Source: Gemmatimonadota bacterium
GTDB lineage: Bacteria; Gemmatimonadota; Gemmatimonadetes; Palauibacterales; Palauibacteraceae
Assembly: GCA_965116475.1 (NCBI GenBank)
Contig: OZ220691.1
Span: 1,024,001-1,088,000 of the forward strand
Direction of reading: 5' to 3'
DNA length: 64,000 nt
The notes beneath the pieces are model-generated. The model searched no databases, was not told the origin of the DNA, and saw only the letters and a list, made by a program, of their open reading frames with translations. A program made the position numbers and the translations under genes. Positions 57,283 to 64,000 of this stretch are shown here, in pieces; within the stretch, counting starts at the first letter, position 1; each line of letters opens with the position of its first letter.

Positions 57283-57834
57283 GTGTTCAATAATCCGTTT
57301 GATTCGTTTCACGACACCGTTGCTGAAGCAAAGCAGGAACGGGAACAACTCGACCGGCTGCTGACGATTTCCACGCCCCGGGAGCGTCTGCTCGTCGCCG
57401 GCGTCGGGCTGTGGTTGTTGATCTTCGTGACGTGGCTCTTCTTCGGTAACGTAGCCCGCAGCCTCGCGGTGGACGGTGTGCTCGTCGACCCCGGCACAAA
57501 CCTGTCCGAAGCCGGCCGGTCCGTGCAGGCGCTGGTCTGGATCGAGAACGACGTCGCGCCGCAGATCAGGGCAGGGATGCCGGCGGTGATGGAGCTGGGT
57601 GCGGCGGCTGGAGAAGCGGGCGCGATGAGCGCAGAAGTCGCGGCGATTTCCGCCGTTCGCTCGTCCGAGGTTCCCGCCGCCTTCGAGTCTGCGGTGCCGA
57701 TGTCGTTGCACCGCCTCGATATCGCGCTGGACGAGAACCTCGACCTTGCCGCCATGGCGGGCAGGGAATGCCGGATCGTCATCGATATGGGCACGCAGTC
57801 TCCGGTCGCGTTCTTGCGGATGGGGCGGTCATGA
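57283..57834 (+). CDS. Short NHLM bacteriocin system secretion (HlyD-like) protein
   Basis: EQLDRLLTISTPRERL-TM-FG..DGVLV matches the NHLM membrane-fusion protein N-terminus; only about 183 aa. Confidence 0.7.
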   Translation: MFNNPFDSFHDTVAEAKQEREQLDRLLTISTPRERLLVAGVGLWLLIFVTWLFFGNVARSLAVDGVLVDPGTNLSEAGRSVQALVWIENDVAPQIRAGMPAVMELGAAAGEAGAMSAEVAAISAVRSSEVPAAFESAVPMSLHRLDIALDENLDLAAMAGRECRIVIDMGTQSPVAFLRMGRS

Positions 57835-57835
57835 T

Positions 57836-60046
57836 ATGGCGCTGACCGCCTTCGGGCGCGCTGGCGACAAGGCCGCACCGAGCGTCGAGACACGGCGGAT
57901 CACCACGCCGATCCTGTTGCAGATGCACGCGTCGGAATGTGGCGCCGCCTGCCTCGGCAGCATCCTCGCCTACTTCGGACGCTGGGTTCCGCTGACGGAA
58001 TTGCGGGAAAGATGCGAGGTGAGTCGGGACGGGAGCAGTGCGGCGAGCATCGCGCGCGCCGCCAGGCACTACGGCCTCGAATGCAGCGGACTCAGCCTGC
58101 GCGCCAGTCAGCTGAAGAAGTTGCAGTTGCCTCTGATCGTGTTCTGGCAGTTCAGCCATTTCGTTGTCCTCGAGGGGTTCGACAGTCGCCACTTCTATCT
58201 CAATGATCCGTCCACGGGGCGGCGCAGGCTTTCGGCGGAAGAGTTCGAAAAGGGCTACAGCGGGATTGCGCTGCGATTCAAGCGGGGCTCCGGTTTCAGA
58301 CCCGGCGGCGAACAGCCCGGATTGTTCACGCAGTTGGGCACCCTGCTCGCCGGATCGCGGAGCGTGCTTGCCTGGGTGATTGCCTGCGGTCTCATGTTGA
58401 CGCTGCTGGCCCTTGTCGTCCCCGCATCCCTCAGCGTGTTCGTGGACGATGTTCTGGAGAACCGGGGCCCCTGGGGCGGGCTCGTGGCTGCCCTGCTCGG
58501 CGGCGGCATCCTCGTGTACGTCCTGTCCCTGCTCAAGCATCGGTTCCTGAAGCGGTTCGCGGTTCGGATCTCGGTGATTGGCTACAGTCGAGGCCTGTCG
58601 CGGCTGCTGCGGCTGCCGGTGGAGTTTTTCGAACACCGTCTCGTAGGCGATCTGACGGATCGAGTCTCGTCCATCGACAGAATCGCCAGGAACCTGACGG
58701 AACAGTTCCTGGTGCTCGTTATCGACATGGGAATGAGCGCCGTGCTGCTCGTTGCCATGTTGGTCTACGATGTCCGGCTCACGCTGGTTGTGTTGCTTCT
58801 GGCCTTTCTGCACGGCGTGCTGGCGCACTTTCTCAACGGGCTCAGGGCGGTGCGAAGCCAGGCGATGAGGCGCGAACAGGGACTGTTGATCGGCGTCGGC
58901 ATGCAGATGCTGAATCACGCCGACAATCTGCGCATGACGGGATCGGACGACCGTCTGTTTTCGCGCTGGAGCGGCCATCAGGCGCGCGAACTGGAGGCCC
59001 GCCGGCACTATTCCGCGCTCGGCTCGGTCAACACCGCGCTCCCGGGCATGATCGCCGCACTTCGCAGCGCGGCGGTCCTGGCCATCGGGGGAAGCCTGAT
59101 CCTGGCCGGAGAGATGACCCTGGGCGCGCTGGTCGGGTTCTATATCCTGGCCGAGATGTTCCTGTCGCCGGTTGGGCGCTTCCTGGAGTTCGCCGGGCAG
59201 CGCCAGGCGCTCGAAACCGATCTGCAGCGACTCGAGGATATCTCGAAGGCCGCGGAAGACCCCGCCTTCAGCCGCCGGAGTCCGCAGTCGGAGTCGATTC
59301 CCACCTTCAAGGGCCGGTTCCAGCTCACCGGCCGGCTCGAGCTGCGAGACGTCAGCTTCGGCTTCAACAAGAGCCGGCCCGCTCTGATCAAGGACTTCAA
59401 TCTCGTAATCATGCCGGGGCAGCGGGTTGCCGTGGTCGGTCCCAGCGGATCCGGCAAGTCGACCCTCGCGCGTCTGATTGGCGGTCTCTATCAGCCCTGG
59501 TCCGGCGAAATCCTGTTCGATGGCCACCCCCGGGATGAGATTCCCGAGGAGGTGCTGCGGCGGTCCATCTCCATGGTGGATCAGGAGGTCGTGCTCTTTT
59601 CCGCGTCCGTGCGCGACAACATCACCCTGTGGAACCCCGCCGTTCCGGATGAGGCCATCTTCGCGGCGACACGCGATGCCCAGATCCACGACGAAATCCT
59701 GCTGCGGCCGAACGGGTACTCGACCCGGGTCGAGGAAGGCGGCGTGAATTTCAGCGGCGGCCAGCGCCAGCGGCTGGAGATCGCCCGGGGGCTGCTGGGC
59801 AATCCGACGCTGCTCATTCTGGATGAGGCGACCAGCGCCCTCGACGCCGCGACGGAGGAATACGTCGATGACGCCCTGAGACGTCGCGGAGTCACCTGCC
59901 TGATCGTGGCGCACCGGCTGAGCACCGTGCGGGACTGCGACGAGATCATCGTGCTCGACAAGGGCGTCGAGGTGCAGCGCGGGACGCATGACGAGCTGAT
60001 GGCGGACCAGGCCGGCACGTACTACAAGCTGGTCAGGTCCGGCTGA
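57836..60046 (+). CDS. NHLM bacteriocin system ABC transporter, C39 peptidase/permease/ATPase
   Basis: TPILLQMHASECGAACL (catalytic Cys), VSRDGS, HFVVLEG, NDP, GPSGSGKST, FSGGQRQRLEIAR. Confidence 0.93.
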   Translation: MALTAFGRAGDKAAPSVETRRITTPILLQMHASECGAACLGSILAYFGRWVPLTELRERCEVSRDGSSAASIARAARHYGLECSGLSLRASQLKKLQLPLIVFWQFSHFVVLEGFDSRHFYLNDPSTGRRRLSAEEFEKGYSGIALRFKRGSGFRPGGEQPGLFTQLGTLLAGSRSVLAWVIACGLMLTLLALVVPASLSVFVDDVLENRGPWGGLVAALLGGGILVYVLSLLKHRFLKRFAVRISVIGYSRGLSRLLRLPVEFFEHRLVGDLTDRVSSIDRIARNLTEQFLVLVIDMGMSAVLLVAMLVYDVRLTLVVLLLAFLHGVLAHFLNGLRAVRSQAMRREQGLLIGVGMQMLNHADNLRMTGSDDRLFSRWSGHQARELEARRHYSALGSVNTALPGMIAALRSAAVLAIGGSLILAGEMTLGALVGFYILAEMFLSPVGRFLEFAGQRQALETDLQRLEDISKAAEDPAFSRRSPQSESIPTFKGRFQLTGRLELRDVSFGFNKSRPALIKDFNLVIMPGQRVAVVGPSGSGKSTLARLIGGLYQPWSGEILFDGHPRDEIPEEVLRRSISMVDQEVVLFSASVRDNITLWNPAVPDEAIFAATRDAQIHDEILLRPNGYSTRVEEGGVNFSGGQRQRLEIARGLLGNPTLLILDEATSALDAATEEYVDDALRRRGVTCLIVAHRLSTVRDCDEIIVLDKGVEVQRGTHDELMADQAGTYYKLVRSG

Positions 60047-62982
60047 TGCGGGACACGAGGCCGGGGTACACGTCCATCGCGGAACTCGCCGCCCGCTCCG
60101 GCGAGTCCGTGCCCTGCGCCGGCAACCTGCCGGTGAAGCTCGACGATCCGGACACTGTCTGGTTCATCGATCAGGGCGCCGTCAATCTGTTCCTGGTCGA
60201 ATTCAAGGACGGGGTCGAGCAGGCGGCGCCGCAGCACCTGCTGCGCCGCGAATCGGGCTGGCTGCTGCCGGGCGTCGCGCCGGACGGACCAAACGATGAG
60301 GAAGACACCACGCTCAGCCTGATCGCCAAGGGATCGCCGGGCACCGTCCTGAAACGGCTGTCGGCCTCCGTGCTGTCCGAGGTCGATCCGGCGGAGATGG
60401 CGGAACAGACCGATACCTGGCTGACCGCGATCACGGACACACTCTCGCGTTTTGCGAGCCGCCTTCCGCGTCCGACGGTGCTGGCCAAGCCCGGTCCGAT
60501 GCGGACCCCGGCTCCCTGTACGCTGTCCGTACAGCGCGGCGTCGTATGGGTGTCCGAACCGCCGCGCGGCACCAGCCTCTTCATGGACCTGGTCGACCAG
60601 GCGGAAATCGTCGAGGCGGACGGCTCACACGAAGCGGTGATACCGCTGACGCGAACAAGCTGGATCATCCTGTCCGACGAGGTGACACTCTCGGGCTGGT
60701 CGACGGAGACGCTGGCACAGCGGGGCGTCCTGCTCCCGGCGCTCGCATCCTTCCACGCGGTTGCCTTCGCCCTGGAGCGCCTCAACCGCCGACTGGCCGT
60801 GGTCGATGATGCGAACCTGGAGCGCGCGCGGACCACGAGCCGCCGCACGGTCGAGAGGGCCGCGCGGCAGCGGCTCTTCAATATCTATGATCTGCCGATC
60901 GACCGGGAGACCAGTGTCGAGGACACGTCGCTGGCGGACGCCCTGCAGGCGATCGGACGCCGTGAAGGAATCGATTTCAAGATCCCGGTGCGCTCGGATC
61001 CTTCCGGTCCTCCGGTCAGCCTCGTTGACGTTCTCGATGCTTCGGGCGTGCGCGCCCGGCGCGTGCGGTTCGGGGCCGAGGGCGCCTGGTGGCGCGGCGA
61101 CAGCAACGCGATGCTGGCATTTCGCGCCGAAGACGGCCAACCCGTGGCGCTCCTGCCAGGATGGCTGGGCCGCTACCGGGAATTCGATCCGGTCAGCAAG
61201 CGCAGCGTTCGGATGACGGCGGATCGTGCCGCTGCGCTGGCGGATGGGGCCTGGGTGTTCTACCGGCCACTGCCGGTGGGGAACGTGCAACCGGCGGACC
61301 TGCTGAGGATCGCGCTGCATGGATCGGCGGCGGATCTGGCGCGGCTGGTGATGGCCGGGCTTCCGGGCGGCCTGATCAAGCTCGTGCCGGCGTTCGCGCT
61401 CGGGTTCGTTGCGAACCAGACGGCGGCGGGCGGAAGTGCCGGAGCGCTCTATGCCGTGGCCGTGGCGGTGGCGGGGTTCGGCCTGCTCGGCGCACTGCTG
61501 CACCTGTTTCAGGGCACGGTGATGATGCGGATCGAGGGTCGCTCTTCACGGGTCGAAGCGGCCTTCTGGGACCGTCTCATGCGCCTTCCGCCAAGCATGT
61601 TGCACGGCCGTCGGGCCGGCGATCTGGCCGTGTCGGGAATGACGTTCCAGAATCTTCGCGACGGGTTGCAGGGAGTCGCGGCCGACGGCCTGCTGTCGAT
61701 CATTTTTCTGCTCCCGGTGCTTGGCGTCATCTTCCTCTACGATGCCACGCTGGGGACCGTTGCCCTCGCCTTCAGCCTGGCTTCGCTCCTGATCACCGTC
61801 GTCCTCGGGCTGCGCCAGATTCCGCCCTATGGCCGGATGATCCGCGCGGCGCGGCGCGTCTCCGGCCGGCTATTCCAGATCGTGGGCAGCATCGGCAAGC
61901 TGCGTGTGGAAAACGCGGAAGCGTCGGCTTTCGCCATCTGGGCGCAGGACTACCGGGAGCAGAAACGCACGGAACTCGAGCTGGGCGCGCTCGAGGGACA
62001 TTCGCGGGCATTCGGTGCCGCGCTCCCCCTGCTTGCCGCCGGGGTCCTGCTGTTCGCGGCCGTAGCCGTGGACGGGCCCCTCCCGGTCGGCGATTTTCTC
62101 GTCGTCTACCTTGTCTTCATCGCCTTCCAGTCCGCCGTCGCCCGACTCGGCGAGTCCTTTGGCGCGGTCGCCGCCGTGCTCCCGGCGTTCGACCAGATGC
62201 GCCCGCTCCTGGCGGCGGTTCCCGAGGCCGAAGTCGAAGGAGCGCCGGTCGAGTATCTGGGCGGCGACATTTTCTTCGACCGCATTTCCTACCGGTACGA
62301 CCCCGACGGCCCGTTGATCCTCGACGACGTCACGATTCATGCCCGCCCCGGGGAATTCGTCGCGATCGCGGGCGAGTCCGGCGCCGGCAAGAGCACCCTC
62401 TTCCGGTTGGCGCTTGGATTCGACCGGCCCACGTCCGGCGCCGTGTACTACGACGGACGTGACCTGAGGAACCTGAACCTGAAACAGGTGCGCCGCAGGA
62501 TCGGCGTGGTGCCGCAATCCGTTGGACTCCATCCCCTGGATCTCTGGGACAACCTGGTCGGTCACCACGATGAGGTGGCGAGCGACGAGGTCTGGAGCGC
62601 GGCGCGCGTCGCCGATGTCGAAGCGGAGATCAAGGGCATGCCCATGGGCATGATGACCATGGTCGGCACGAGCGGGAATGTCCTGTCGGGCGGCGAGAGT
62701 CAGCGCGTTTCAATCGCCCGGTCGGTGATCGGCAGCCCGCGAATCATGCTCTTCGACGAGGCGACCAACTGGCTGGATAACGAGAGCCAGGCAAAGGTCA
62801 TGCAAAACCTCACCGCCCTGACCTCCACCCGCGTCGTCATCGCGCACCGCCTGTCCACGCTGGAGCAGGCCGATCGCATCTACGTGTTGAAGGCGGGAAG
62901 AGTCGTGCAGAGCGGCTCCTTCAACGAACTCATGGAGGTCGACGGGGTGTTCAGAGACCTGGTCAAGAGGCAGGTCGCCTGA
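60046..62982 (+). CDS. NHLM bacteriocin system ABC transporter, second (peptidase-less) ATP-binding subunit
   Basis: TGATG coupling; long N-terminal extension, ASGVRARRV..WWRGD, WDRLMRLP, GESGAGKST, LSGGESQR, FDEATN. Confidence 0.9.
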   Translation: MRDTRPGYTSIAELAARSGESVPCAGNLPVKLDDPDTVWFIDQGAVNLFLVEFKDGVEQAAPQHLLRRESGWLLPGVAPDGPNDEEDTTLSLIAKGSPGTVLKRLSASVLSEVDPAEMAEQTDTWLTAITDTLSRFASRLPRPTVLAKPGPMRTPAPCTLSVQRGVVWVSEPPRGTSLFMDLVDQAEIVEADGSHEAVIPLTRTSWIILSDEVTLSGWSTETLAQRGVLLPALASFHAVAFALERLNRRLAVVDDANLERARTTSRRTVERAARQRLFNIYDLPIDRETSVEDTSLADALQAIGRREGIDFKIPVRSDPSGPPVSLVDVLDASGVRARRVRFGAEGAWWRGDSNAMLAFRAEDGQPVALLPGWLGRYREFDPVSKRSVRMTADRAAALADGAWVFYRPLPVGNVQPADLLRIALHGSAADLARLVMAGLPGGLIKLVPAFALGFVANQTAAGGSAGALYAVAVAVAGFGLLGALLHLFQGTVMMRIEGRSSRVEAAFWDRLMRLPPSMLHGRRAGDLAVSGMTFQNLRDGLQGVAADGLLSIIFLLPVLGVIFLYDATLGTVALAFSLASLLITVVLGLRQIPPYGRMIRAARRVSGRLFQIVGSIGKLRVENAEASAFAIWAQDYREQKRTELELGALEGHSRAFGAALPLLAAGVLLFAAVAVDGPLPVGDFLVVYLVFIAFQSAVARLGESFGAVAAVLPAFDQMRPLLAAVPEAEVEGAPVEYLGGDIFFDRISYRYDPDGPLILDDVTIHARPGEFVAIAGESGAGKSTLFRLALGFDRPTSGAVYYDGRDLRNLNLKQVRRRIGVVPQSVGLHPLDLWDNLVGHHDEVASDEVWSAARVADVEAEIKGMPMGMMTMVGTSGNVLSGGESQRVSIARSVIGSPRIMLFDEATNWLDNESQAKVMQNLTALTSTRVVIAHRLSTLEQADRIYVLKAGRVVQSGSFNELMEVDGVFRDLVKRQVA

Positions 62983-63017
62983 ACCGAATCGGCAGACCGG
63001 AGCATTTCGAGACATCG

Positions 63018-64000
63018 ATGAACGGACCCATGGACGCGGACGATCTCCTCGTATCAAGAGCTCTCGTATCAAGAGCTGATGAAGACGGCGACTTTCGCGA
63101 ACGTCTTCTCCGAAAACCCAGGGAGACCATCGAGACGGAATTCGGCGTGACGCTGGCCGAGGACCATGAGATTCACGTGCACGAAGAGACGTATACCGCG
63201 ACGCACGTGGTGCTCCCGCCGCGGAGCAAGCTCAGCGAGGCCGAACGAGAGGCGGCGAGGACCGGTGCGGCATCGCTCGAGTTTCTTCGAAGGACACTCC
63301 ACGACCCCGCACCACCGCTCCGCCCTCCCGCAGGGCAGGAAGAGGGGGGCCGATGCAGCGGGGCCTCCCCGGAGGCGCTGGCCGGCGCGGCGAGGGAAGG
63401 GATCCGCCGCGGGCTCGCCTTCCTGGAATCCACGATCGACGAGAATGGGGCTTGGCACTGCATCCGGTTCAACGTGGCCGACCCGGAGATCCCCAGGCAT
63501 TTCGAGAGGCCCCCCTTCGTGTCGGCTCTCTGCGTGCTTGCCCTTGAGAGCTCCGATGAGCCGCGGGCCAAGGCGATTTGCACCGCTACGAAGGCATATC
63601 TCATCGACACCATCGAATATCCCGGATTCTGGCGGTACTACCGCCACCTCCCGCCGGATCTCGATAGTACTGCACTCTGTTCGCTCGTCATCGGGACGCA
63701 CCCCTGGATCTTGCTTGGAAGGAACGTTCCGGGGATGCTGGCGAATCGCGACGAGGAAGGCCGCTTCATGACCTGGGTGCTGGCGGAAGACGAACCCGAC
63801 GTCGTGTCGCGCTTTCGCATCGAGGCCGACCCGGTCGTCAATGCGAATGTCCTCGCCTGCCTCGGCGACCATCCGGAAACGAGGGATGCCCAGCTCTGGC
63901 TGGAAGCCCTGGTAACCGAAGGCAACCTCGAGGGCTCGTCGAAGTGGTATCCCGACACGGTCACGATCTACCATGCGATCACACGCGCGATGGTCTGTGC
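63018..64000 (+). CDS. NHLP leader-like domain fused to a class II terpene cyclase/prenyltransferase-squalene-oxidase-repeat-like domain (runs off the right edge; absent from the ORF track)
   Basis: Open for 327 codons from ATG 63018: ...LVSRADEDGDFRERLLRKPRETIETEFGVTLAEDHEIHVHEETYTATHVVLPPRSKLSEAEREAARTG..., then GIRRGLAFLESTIDENGAW, GFWRYY..LPPDLDSTA, DPVVNANVL, SKWYP. Confidence 0.8.
   Translation, partial: MNGPMDADDLLVSRALVSRADEDGDFRERLLRKPRETIETEFGVTLAEDHEIHVHEETYTATHVVLPPRSKLSEAEREAARTGAASLEFLRRTLHDPAPPLRPPAGQEEGGRCSGASPEALAGAAREGIRRGLAFLESTIDENGAWHCIRFNVADPEIPRHFERPPFVSALCVLALESSDEPRAKAICTATKAYLIDTIEYPGFWRYYRHLPPDLDSTALCSLVIGTHPWILLGRNVPGMLANRDEEGRFMTWVLAEDEPDVVSRFRIEADPVVNANVLACLGDHPETRDAQLWLEALVTEGNLEGSSKWYPDTVTIYHAITRAMVC
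63048..63077 (+). repeat. Exact 15-bp in-frame duplication (LVSRA x2)
   Basis: ctcgtatcaagagct at 63048 and 63063. Confidence 0.95.

Noticed and set aside
57045-57293. Small ORFs (57078-57293, 56981-57364) as the RiPP precursor
   Set aside because: No NHLP/Nif11 leader or double-glycine motif and no clear RBS; this is more likely the divergent promoter region.
63069-63974. ORF-track entries 63069..63974 (-), 63166..63771 (+) and neighbours
   Set aside because: They are shadows of the open plus-strand frame starting at 63018, which has recognisable motifs.
49174-64000. Mobile element boundaries for the RiPP block
   Set aside because: No integrase, transposase, tRNA or direct repeats could be seen in the window.

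Overview
High-GC bacterial chromosomal window. Gene content (PorX-like regulator inside an LPS/Lpt cluster, many Tat and lipoprotein enzymes, DUF4159, DUF5916) looks Gemmatimonadota-like, possibly a marine or sponge-associated lineage; this is inference only. 1-10 kb: envelope cluster (GT2, lipid A acyltransferase, MsbA-like, PorX/PglZ, GT9, lptF, lptG, gmd). 10-49 kb: UvrC-like nuclease, ilvA, oxidative sugar catabolism (GMC plus small subunit, Gfo/Idh/MocA, symporter, GH109), a cupredoxin plus MauG-like diheme pair, TauD, several exported amidases, a Liv-type ABC system with two CoA ligases, a class A beta-lactamase-like protein, tenA and apaG. About 49-64 kb is the most interesting part: a proteusin/NHLP-type RiPP locus. 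It has a Lol-like export module, a putative peptide prenyltransferase, a flavin-dependent Trp-halogenase-like enzyme and the three-gene NHLM transport system. At the right edge, missing from the ORF track because it has no stop in the window, is a gene fusing an NHLP leader-like domain to a class II terpene cyclase/prenyltransferase-like domain. Separately, three genes end in tandem repeats that each stack four in-frame stop codons. No rRNA, tRNA, CRISPR or transposase was recognised. Family assignments come from motif recognition by eye, not database searches.
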